From Botryllus schlosseri (lineage: Eukaryota): a stretch of 64,000 nt of DNA. The stretch is taken from the NCBI GenBank assembly GCA_051294905.1, contig CM119385.1, positions 19,468,001 through 19,532,000 on the forward strand, written 5' to 3'. The translations under genes were made by a program, and so were the position numbers. Of this stretch, positions 40,501 to 52,500 are shown one piece after another; position 1 is the first letter of the stretch; each line of letters begins with the position of its first letter. The notes beneath the pieces were generated by a model. It ran no database searches and was not told the origin of the DNA. It saw nothing but the letters and a program-made list of their open reading frames with translations.

Positions 40501-43500
40501 CGGTATAGATAATCCATCGTAACACTGTATAATACCATCCGTCTATGCCGCTGTCATTGTATAGTCTCCCGTGTAAATCATATTTACATTGGTGACCCAT
40601 CGAAAATATTAACTTAGCTTCATTTCGCCAGTTGGATACAGTGGAAACGTCTATCTCGTGGTAGCGGAAGTCACGAAGATTTTCTGTTGTTTGTATATCG
40701 TCTATGAGTCAGTAATATGAACTGCGGGTGGATTTTGCGCTTTTGCAACTATGACGACGCTGGTCCATAAAGCCCGCGACTGATTAAATATAGTTTAGCC
40801 TACTCATATCCAGGCAAACGTAGGAAGTGTGATTCGGCTGTTTTTGCGTCCGTAACGCAGTTATCGGTGCTTTGTATCATATCCTGTATACCCTTGTGTC
40901 GCAAATAGGTGCAATCTTCGAAAATATATTATTTTGCCGTGATATGTAGGGGTAGCTTCACGCGGTTTTTATGACAAGATAGCGTAATTGTGATGCGTCC
41001 GGCTTCATGATCGGTACGTCGTGGGTTCAATCTCCTGCCGGGTCAGACCAAAGACCTTCGAAAAAACAGGTGGGCCTGTCCGTGGCTTCCCCGCTTGACG
41101 CTTAGCATTGCTGGGATAGCATGAAGCGGTAGTGCAAGACTTAGAAAGCCTTACAAGGCTATTTCTTTAACTCCCTTGTCCAACGGCATATGTACATCAT
41201 GGTATGCATATGCACAGATCGGGTGTATGTATATCATGAGTCGGTGCATATGCCGCAAAAACATCAAGGAAAAAAATATGCAACGTTCTATTCCTACAAT
41301 TTCGCTCATAAAATGGACGCAGACTTAACACAAAACATGTTTTACTTTTTAAAACCCAAAGTGTATAAAGTAAGTGATTTTGCAGAAAAAACTGACCAAG
41401 TATAGAAGTAGTGTGAAAACGTAATCAATTGAGTTAGTAGAAGTACTTATTTCTGACCACCTCTGTGTACAGTGTACACTGTACAGCTCATCTACGTTGC
41501 CTTGTTTTGCCGTACTGTTTTCGAAAAGGTGTGTACTGTTTTTTAAAACATATTCGGAAACCATGCTGCCCTTTGCACCGTTGCGCCTGACCGCTTCAAT
41601 GCACCTCGGCAGCCGTTATATTACTGGGATCGCGTAGGCTGTTTCAAATAACTACTTCTCAAGACTTTTGCGGTTAATTACGCTCGGTCCGAGGCATAAA
41701 TCACCATCGAAACTTGTTTCAAGTCTACGATTCGCGGCTGGTCACGGTCACCGTGGTGACTAACGTATTTAGCGTCTGACTAAGTCTTGGCTCGCGTGAA
41801 GACCCCGGTTTCCGCGCGGTTTGGTTGTTGAACATCTGCTCCCGGCGGCCGTGAATCCCACGCGATCTAATCTCACATATTAGTCATTTTATCCTTTTGT
41901 AACTGACTCAAAGTTCTTGGCCTTGTCCCTTGTAAGTTGTTTTAGGAATTATAAGTGTATACAGCGTAATATGTACCGCTTTATGTGCGCGTCTCATGCC
42001 AAAGATGAATTAGTCGGTACAATGATTGAATTTACCTTTCTTGTTGATGTTATCATCTGAAGGCGTGTTTTTGCGTCGCTGTCACAGCGTGACTTTGATA
42101 GCGGAGATGCGCTGAAAAGTGGCCGGGGGTTTATCGAAATAAAGGCCGGCTACACGAGAGTATTATTACCGCTCTTTCTTACGCGCGCGGCTCGTGGGAC
42201 CTTGTGTTTGGCGATGTTTAGAAAATATTGCACGGTTGTTACATCTTCAAGGAGCCCGCGATACTGTCGCTATTACAAACATGTAACCATGATACATTGC
42301 ATCGCGTATAGTATGAGTTGTTTGTAAATCTGCAGTGTACTTTCGCTCAGACCGCTGGCAACGTAAGTTCTGTATCGCGATATACGAATAAACTATGTTC
42401 CCATGACGCGCGAATCCGAGACATATTTCTTGCACTTTGCACACCGTTTAGTCGGCAATTTGTGGTTGCAGACTCATACGCTTCATGTGCACAAGAAAAG
42501 CCGGCCGTAGCCCTATTCTCGCAATGAACATGATATCTTGTTTTGAGCGGATGACTTTCTCCAGTTGCGTTATCATATGCATGAACATGAACAATGGACA
42601 TTCCAATATGATCTTCTCACGATCTGCGTGCTGTTAAGTGGCGAGAATTGTTGTGCGCTCAAGATTTAGTTTTCTGTAGGATCAACGATTAGTCTATTTG
42701 CGCACAAAGAGTTGGACAATCATAGAAAATGTTCTGTTTTTCTTAACTAGATTCGAATTAGAATTATATATACAGTTTTTTTTCCCAAATAGATTAGAAT
42801 TAAGAATATAGCTACACATTTTTATTCCGAATTTGATTATAATTAGAACTATAGCTACAGTTTTTTTAATTCAGTTTAGAATTACAAATACGGGATTCTC
42901 GAAAACTTGAAATTGAATTATATTTATGATTGGAAAGAACTAAGTAGGCCTACCACTAAAATGAAGTCGAGCTCATTCTCACAGGCATGGGAACTGCAAA
43001 AGGGCAAATGTCTGTCAACCAACCTTGGCCCGGTTCGCACTGTCTGCACAATTCTCCTGTAGCATTTTCAGGAAAACCAGAAAATAGATTAGAATTAAAA
43101 TTACAGCATGGAAACATTTCGCAAATTAGAATACAATTACATTACCGACATTTCGCTTTATTTAGTCTAATTACACAACTAAAATTATATACGGTTGTCG
43201 AAGTGTGGAATATGGTACTAGTCGTACTACGGTGCTATAGTTTCCACTGCAATACACTCAGGTTTACGTCTGCATTGCTGTATACTTGAATCCCAATCGC
43301 TTTCGTAGATTAACCCTATCGTGTTACCGGATCAGCGCACCTATATAAGGCAGTTAATTACGCGTCAGTGACGCAAACGCCATTGCTACGTGATCTATTT
43401 TGGGTTAAAATCGCGGCGGTGTGACTGATTAACATCGTTTCACGCCGCTGGTATTCATTGCCAAATCCGGGTGTAATTGGATTTGGTACTAGCCCACACT

Positions 43501-46500
43501 TAGAAGTCTGATTTTCTTGATCGGATGAAGTTCGATGGGAAAGTTCGGTTTCGGCCGTATTCTTTTCGTGGGCTGTCGATCAGATTTGTAGACCGTGCAA
43601 TTCTTTGCGCGTACCTTGGACTTAATTTTCATTTCGAGTAATTCAGTATGTATTACCAATGCATTTACCCCCGTCACGTCTCAAAAGTATATCCAAATGT
43701 CTATCAGAACTATATTTGTCAACTTTAACATTCGGGGGCTATGGGTATTATATGCATAGATGCATAAATGCTATGATTATGGATGGTTGTGGGTGCTGCA
43801 AGAAATTACCTAAGAACGGAATTCAGCCAGAGTTTGACAGGTTTCGTATATATGAAGCGAAGAAATCATGCCCGGAAAGACGCACAACTACGACACCACA
43901 CACATTTATTTACGCAGTTAGAGTGCAATGAGAATTGTAATAATCTCTTAGCTATAGTTCCATTACAGTGGCTTTCTGAAGAAATTGGCTGCAGTTAAAA
44001 ATAATTTCCCGATTTTATGTTTAATTTGAGGCCACATCATATTTAGAGCTTAGTGCCCGTTTAGGATGTGGAATGTGAAACGTAAAATGGTCTTCAAGTT
44101 TCGCAGCTAAAGGTAAATCGTTTAGTGCTGCTATTCGTACCTCACTGTTGGGTGCTGATCAGGCCAAGAGCTCTTTTGAAAAATATCAGACAGTGTTAGA
44201 CATCTGTTTAGGTGAGACACATCTTGGTGTGGTCATAATGACTATTTTTCGTTTACAGCGTATGCTTTTCTCAATATTACATTCCTGGGAGGCAAGAAGA
44301 AAATGCATATAGTTGTGCTATGTTTATATTCGCAATCCGAGTAATTAATGTAGAACCGAATTTGGTCGACTCGTTACGGTTTCGAATTCCGATGTGGCAT
44401 GTAAAACGATCTTCAATTTTCAAGTCCAAGTTATGTCATCGGGAATGGATTGAGTCCCGGATCCTGGGTCCCGAGTTAAAGTACCCTATTTTTTCGAGAA
44501 TAATAAATCCCCCGCTAATCCTTACAGTTTCCCCCGCAGACACAGTTCGTTAAGTAACCCCAACAGCCACACCATCATTCATAAATATTCTAGTTTTACC
44601 AGTTTGGATTTATTTCGACGCTTTGGATTATCATCGGTCGATCATTATTAAAAAAAGTTACGCTATCAGAGCCACCACATTTCAGCGGCTTTCCATAAGC
44701 CTGCGACTGCCCCATTTGTGTTTTCTAAATAGCTCAGCGCGATAATCATCGCATGAGTCACCGTATCCCTCATATTTGCCTCGATCGAGATGGCAATAGC
44801 TTGTCCAGCCGGGCTGAAACACGTTTCAAACAGTATCAAGTTCTCGTATCGCGTAACTATGTTTGCGTAAAACTGCCTGGCATAAATTGCCCATCTTTCA
44901 AACGCTTAGCCTTTTGATTAGTCAATCGCGGTTGTTTGCTCGTTACTTAAAGCGCATTCCGTGATGGAATCCATTTGTGTTGCAGGCGAGAATGAATTGA
45001 CCGGGCAGACCTTCATGCTTAATTGGGCTGTAATCTCGATCGCCAGCGCTAACTACACCGTGTCGGAAGAAGCGAAGTTTTTGGAAGTGATACTGAATCG
45101 ACGGGGATATCTCGGGGAGACCTCCTTCGTTAGTGAGTATTGATGCTCCATCATAAAAGCTTTTCTGTTTGAAGGTGCTTGTAGAGGTAAGCCATAAACC
45201 GCGGAATACTGATAACTTTGTTACCGCCACACTAAGCCTGTCAAAGCTATAAAGATAACTTTTTTTTGACGGGTAAAAACGATAATCCTATCGTGTTGCA
45301 AGCCTTTTCATAACACCGCACATCGTGAAAGTATCCCGGCCCGTTTTTGAGTTATTGGGCTGTCACTTTTTTCGGGCCAACACGTGCTTTTGGATAGTAT
45401 GCGTAGTGTAATGTAGATTAAGGTGATATTGATAAATACATTTTTGTGTTTGACATATTCATAAGCGATCCAGGTTTTATTGACTTTCGAATTACGGGTA
45501 GGAACCCGGCCGTAAATTATGATCAAGTAATAGAGGCTTTGAACAATTGACTGCGCACTATAATGATACGCGTTTTCCCGCTTGCCATCAATCTACTGCA
45601 TGACTATCTCCAGCGATTTCGACTCGTAATGGAACCGCGAAGTCAGGCGAAGATTTCAAGGCCTCTACCGCTAACCAAGTCCAGTTCAACCCGGGTCAAA
45701 GCGAGGGAAAGTGGAGAGTTAAGATACTGCAGGTATGTTAATACTGTTTGGACATCCTGTTTGATGTGATTGTGTTGCTGCTTGTGTTTCTAATAAGGCG
45801 CGGATGTCGCGCATAAACTGTTTTATACTTCTACTAACTCGTGATAGTAAATTTAACGGCGTTTGCGCGGGACGTTCACGAGTGACACAGCCGCGAAAAT
45901 ATGCGCTTAACCGTTCTCAGTATAGAAATATAGAGGACTTATATTGAACAGATATTGTGTTAAATTCAATTCTATACGTGAAATGTCTTGGATGTGGCAT
46001 GGAGATTTCATATCCCGAGTTTTCTTGTATAAATCAGATTTGAACCCTTTTACATTCTTGATATATTGGGTCTTCGTATCCAAATCCAATCTCATATGAC
46101 TAGCTTTCCCCTAACACGCCCAAACAAGGTAAATAGATATACCTAAACCGCGGACCCGTCTACTGCTCGCTAAACGGCAGACTTGGACAACTAGAAAATT
46201 TTCAGCTTTTTCAAATTAGATTAGAATTGGAATTAGAGCTACACAGCTTTTTCCAAATTAGATTAGAATTAGAATTAGAGCTAAACATTTTTTCCAGATT
46301 AGATTAGAATTAGAATTAGAACTACTGAATTCGCAAAAACTTTGACATTGAATGAAATTTAGAATGAGTAAAATAATTATAGCCAAAATCAAGTTCAGTT
46401 CCTATCGAATCACAGTGCATTCCCATGAGCATAAGAGTGGTTAAAGTCTTTACACCAAGCTTGGCTCCTTCTGCACTATACCAGAGGTCATCAACACGCG

Positions 46501-49500
46501 GGCCACATGCGGCCGGTTATATGATTTGTGATTCTGGAAGAACGTGAAGTAAAGCATTTGTAATGCTGAAATTGATTTGAAAGCGAGCATGGTCACTGGT
46601 CAGGCATCGTACGCAGCTCATAGCTCAAAATATAATGAAGTTTATGATCATGATATTTCTTGTTGTATTTGTACTGCTCAATAAAACAATACTTCTTTTG
46701 TGGTAACCATGACCATCGCCTATGTAAGTGAATATGGCGTTGTACTAACGTAAAGTTTTAAAACGTACCTGCCCAAATGTGTGGCCTATTTTGTTTCGAT
46801 ATTGCATTCTTGCGACCACGGGCTCTAGAAAGTTTTAAAAAGGGACCCGCAATTTGTTTTGAGTTGGCGACCCCTGCACTATAGAATTCTCCTGTATGGT
46901 TGAAAACTATTTCCGGTGGAGCTGATGTTCCAGTCCTTTCTCGAGCAGCAGCCCTGAGATGAGGAAAACGAATTTCTCTTTTCCAGTAACTCAAAACATC
47001 ACAGTCCATGCTCTTACTCTCTGCTTCGAAATATTTTTCCACTTCCACTTGTGATCGAAACTAGAATGTTGTTCGCAGACTACAAGCTACTATGCCAACA
47101 TGGCTATTTTCCGTCACAATTACTACCATGCCTGTACATTGTAAGTAATTCGATGGCGGTTTGGCACTGGATTTTCTTGCGCGATAGGGATATTCTTGTT
47201 AATTTGCTGCAAAATGCCTCGGACAAACAGGCATTTTCAGGAAAACAATAAATTAGATTAGAATTAGAACTAGAGCATAAAAGCATTTCACAAATTAGAT
47301 TAGAATTAGAATTAGAACATAAAAGCATTTCACAAATTAGATTAGAATTAGATTACTGGCATGTCGCTCTAATTTAGTGAAATTAGACAACTAGAATTAT
47401 CTAGTTGTCCAAGTCTGCTAAACGGTGCGTATCCCCATCCCAATTGGCAACACACTGGAGCAGCATTGGTATATTCGGAAATTTCCACAAGATTTGGACA
47501 ACTAGTTAATTTCTACAAATTAGATTATAATTATAATTATCGAATCCGCAACAAATTGGAAGTTGAATTGAGTTCCTAATTAGGAAGAAATATAACAAAA
47601 ATCAACTTCTGGTCATATCGAATCAGAGTTCATTGCCATAAGAATGAGAATTGGAAATGTCTGTACACCAAGGATGGCTCGTTTCGCACTATACAGCTCT
47701 CCTGCAGCATTTTCAGGAAAACCAGAAATTACATTAGAATTAAAATTAGAGCATGGAAACATTTGGCAAATTAGTCTAGAATTGCATTACTGTCATTTCG
47801 CTCTAATTAGTCTGAATGGACCACTAAAATTATCTAGTTCTCCGAGTCTGTACACCAGGAATTGTAGCTGACTTGATTTTTTCCGTGTAAGAATCGATAG
47901 AATACACTGTTGTCGATTATACATTATACGTGAGATTTCCATGACGAAATCAATCACTTTAACGCCATCCCCGTGGCCGATCCATCCACGACACGATAAT
48001 CACGGCTATTACATTCTCACACTTTTCAGGATGAAGAATACGAAGAGTCTGAATTATTTTACATCGATCTATCCGATCCAGTGATGGGTATCCTAGAAAA
48101 TCCCACCAACTCATCAATTACCATCACGGACGAGGAAGACGGTGAGAAAATTCCCGATTTCACTTTGATCTCGGCTGCTCTGTAGCGCTTGGGCAGCTAT
48201 AACTTAGCATCATACTTATAATTTGGAATCCGGCTTCGAAAATCAGTCACAATACCATAATCGGGTTATGACATCGTAAGTGTTTCGCAGTCTGGATTTT
48301 GCCTTTGAATCCTCGTGATGGTTGCAACAGTCATATAACAACCCCTGTCATTACCTCACGTTTGGCGAGTTACCTTTCTGTCGCGCCGTATGGTTACTGA
48401 TGAATCTAATGTTCCGTGAAAGTTGAGTGCTCAATCGCAAGACAATTTTCGTGCACTTACGGTACGGTGTCGAATATTTTGTAGGTAAAATAAGGTGCAG
48501 ATTGTCGCGTTATCCGAGCTCCCTGTCTTTTGTCGCTGGATTATTCCCTCTGTAGTTCCTTTAATTTGTGTACATTGACTTTGGGGTGTGTTATTAAAGC
48601 TTTTTTATACTCATTCTAAATTTTGCGTCACCCCCTTTGAAATGACCGCCTTATTTTGCTATCACGCCGAAAATAGTACACAGTGCCACACTCTACACAT
48701 GTTACCAATCAAGCTATACATTTTTAATGGGTTTAATGCGACCTAAATTCGCAATCTGGACAAAAGATATGATGGATTATTCTATCATTCTTCTTACACG
48801 CAAAAAGGCGTACAAATGAGGGAAAATTACTGAAAACATCCCAAACGTTGTAATTTAATGGTTGGCGAATGTATTCCACAATAGGATTATCGGCCATGTT
48901 TAAATTTCGAGTTTGTATCTTTTATTTGCGAAGTAACAGCTAAAGCTTCTTAAAATAACTTTTTCTATAATATTTTGGTTTTTCATGCTTTGATTCATAT
49001 TATGGGCAGAACAGAACATGCGATCACTTTGAACAATTGAGGCTTGACATATCTAGGGATTCTGAAACAGATGAAATTTTTTTTATAGCTAAGGGGTGCA
49101 TTCATATGGGTTCGTCAAAGTAAAAAAACGTCGAATTTTGCAACATCTTGAAAAAAATGATTTTTTCCCACATGATATGCCCCTTGTTCGAAAAAAAGTT
49201 TTCATTCACTTGAGGTCATAACGAGCTTCGGGGATAACATTTCCAGAATATTTCACTGTGAAAATTTTTGCCAAGAATCACTTTCATAAAGCACGAAATG
49301 CAATGAAAGTCGAAAACGCGTTGACGGTTTCCAACTGAACTTCACCAAAGGTCGGACGTCGACCAAAGCACCTTGCGTCCAAATTTCAGAAAGATGGCTG
49401 TTTCACTGATTTTCGAAATCCAGGAGTAGTGTGTTCACGCCTCTATGACTTTCTAGCGACGATAGATGCATATCTCACGCGGTTGCACACGTTTACAAAT

Positions 49501-52500
49501 ACACACAGGTATCTGTTGATTGACGGCACATCTTTTCCTACAGAATCGACTGTGTATTTCCCGCAATCAAGCTACGGTGTCGCCGAAAACATCGGCGAAT
49601 TCATGCTTCCCGTAAAGCGTAGCGGTGACCTCAGCAAAGAGCTGATGGTGATTTGCTACACCGAGCAAGGTGCGTGTTATTTCCTTGTTATAACCCGCAA
49701 AAAGATACTGAAATACCCCGCTTTCTCGGAACTTGCGCACCACAAAAACGTACTTTCCCACGAACCAAGTACGCCGACCGTTATCATCACTCTGAACGGC
49801 GGATTAGCAATAGGTGTCTTTGATTTGTTACGTAACAATGCCCCTTCGGGTGACTTCGACTTAGTAAGGCCGATTGGTTGGTCTTCCATTACAGAGGCCC
49901 ACTTAAGTCGGATGTTTGATTTCGCGGTCTTTGTTTTACGGTAAATAGATTTGTGATTGTTTTAACGCTAGTTTGAAGGCCTTTAGGTCTGCGCGGATAA
50001 CAGAGTATTTTATCATTACGGCGTTTCGCAAATCTTCGCCTTTACCTGGAATAGTGTGGTGATTTAGTTAGCGATGTAGTTTTTCGTAGATGTTATCCGG
50101 CATTTGTTAACTTTGCGTGTTTCCAACCCTCGTTACAGTATCGTGTTTCTGTAATTTGTCCTAACTACAACGATACAAAATCCGGCTTTGATTATAAGCA
50201 GATTCGATCAACCTATCAGACCGGGTGTATTTTCACAACTTGAAGTCATCAATATTGTTGTTTCACCGTTTCAGATACGGCCGCCGGTACGGTCCCGTCT
50301 TCGGTTCTGTCTTTCTCGGATTACATCAGCCGCACCAATGACCATAACAGTATTATCAAGTAGGTTTATATTGCGGGTTTTGCATTGGTTAAAAGGTCAT
50401 CTTGACTTCACGAAGTTGATGATAGCTCACGAAATATGATGAGCTAAACATATGTTTTGAATATATCCGTATTCGTTGAGTTGTGATAATTGTGCAATGT
50501 GCATGCCTGACATAGAAACCAAAATTTTGCTATCATCAGTGTTGTTCTAATAAGAGTTGGAGAACTGTAGAATATATCATTTTATTTTATGAGATGTATA
50601 CTTGAGATTGAGATAGCCACGGTATTGATATCGTGCAATTCGTGAAGAAATGTATCTTAATCAAAACTCAAGTTCTAAATATGATGAGTCTGCGTGAACG
50701 CAATGTTTACATGCATTTGCAGAGTCTTATCAAGATACATATGTCCCCTGTACAACCTTACCGAGCTAACCTCAAGTTAGACGTTTAGTAGGAGTTTACG
50801 ATCTTAGTTTACGAGCACGGATTTGTGTTTTATTACTAAGTTCAACGTTCGTCACGCGCTACCTTGATTCATATTTTCACGGTTGCATCCCGTAAACGGT
50901 GTAGTAAATTTTAAAACGTTATTGTCAGCTGTTCACATCGAGGAAATGTTATCAAAATATGTCTTTACGTAACTGGTGGCATGTTTAATATAGCTACACG
51001 CATTGTAAATACAAATCTGTGGTATATAGATGACAAATCGCAGTTTAGAATATGACCAACACACCTTTATTAGATGAAATGACACGTATCAATGTGTGTG
51101 ATTAATGTGTTTACGTAACAGTAGGGCTGTGATCAAACCGTAGGTCACGTGTCAAATACAGTCAATTTCGACTCTAATGACTTCTGCGGCGTACAGTTGC
51201 CAATTTCAAAAGCGGAATTGTTATCATTCGGCGACAGGTCGCAATCGTTTGTGCTAATAGTTCGGAGTGGAGTATAATTTCGTCGAGAACGCGAGTAACA
51301 TTTTCAGCGATTCAAAAAACACGGGGAGGTTAATTAACAGGGCGAAATAGTTCATATCCTGGTTTACATACAGAAATTAACGCCTCATCCGTTGCGCAAT
51401 CGCAGATTCGAGAAAGGCGAATCCGAGAAGCCGTGTCGCATTGTCATCATCGACGATTCTCTGTTCGAAGAAGAGAAAAAGTTTAATGTCAAGCTTGCAT
51501 CCCCTCTCGGCGGAAGGCTAGGCGAACACAACGCCACCGAAGTCGTTATCCAGACTGATATAAACGACGGTAAGTTATACCCATGCAGCGGTGTTTGAAA
51601 GTATAGTGAGACTGGCTACTTCGGAATTGCCTGATATCTTCGCGACTAACACAAAGAGAATAATGAAACCGGAAGCTAGAAACGGCTGCGATCTTCGGAT
51701 GTATTTTAGTTATCTCGATGCATGGGCTATTTAGCGCGGTTTGTATGCCAATTTCACTCATAAAAGTGACGCAAACTTGTCCCGAAACTGGTTTTACTTT
51801 TCAAATCCCGAATTGTACAAAATAAGGTGCTTTTTCCCAAATGAGACTGCAAATAGCTAGAAGCTTCGGATATATTATGGGTATCGTGATACAGGGTCTA
51901 TTTAACGTGGTTTTATGCCGATTTCACTCAAAAAAGTGACGCGAATTTGTCTCAATATTACTTTTACTGTTCAAAAGTCACTGCCATGTAGTCTCATGGC
52001 TTCTCACTTTTTCGACAGAGCCGATGATGTATTTCGAATCGGAGTCGTACGAAGTCGACGAGAGCGACGGGCAGGCCGTGATTAACATTTGGCGGACGGG
52101 AAGCGACCTGAACAAGCCGGCGTCGGTGATCGTGAGATCGCGGAAAAGCGAAGTGGAATCGGCGAAAGGTGCGGATCGGGTTGAATTGCTTTTCTTTGCT
52201 CGTGATTGGCGGGTGCGCGCTCGTAACGTAAAATCGGGGCTTAGCGTATTACAATGAAAACAAGCCAGTCAGCTTGGCGACTAGCTTACGATCTTAAATT
52301 CTTTCGCCCGAAACCAGCACGGGAGTCGAAAGTAGTGAAATGGTGTCGAAAATTTGGATGCGGATTTTGAAAGTAGAGGATTGGGCCTGGCGATTCGTGT
52401 TCTCGGTAGTCAGCCCCAGTATGTTCGAGCGCCAAAATTATACTGCTCTGATCATTTTAGGAGCTAAAATTGTCGTTGCGATACTTTCCTGCTACTAATG

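Larger units (their letters stand above)
46178..47417 (+). mobile_element. ATTAGA-hAT family copy 7: composite element with perfect ends
   Basis: Perfect 17-bp TIR CAGACTTGGACAACTAG / CTAGTTGTCCAAGTCTG; perfect 8-bp TSD CTAAACGG (46170-46177, 47418-47425). Confidence 0.93.

Noticed and set aside
49429-49944. 171-aa ORF as a separate gene
   Set aside because: Only 49544-49669 is exon 23; the rest is open intronic flank.
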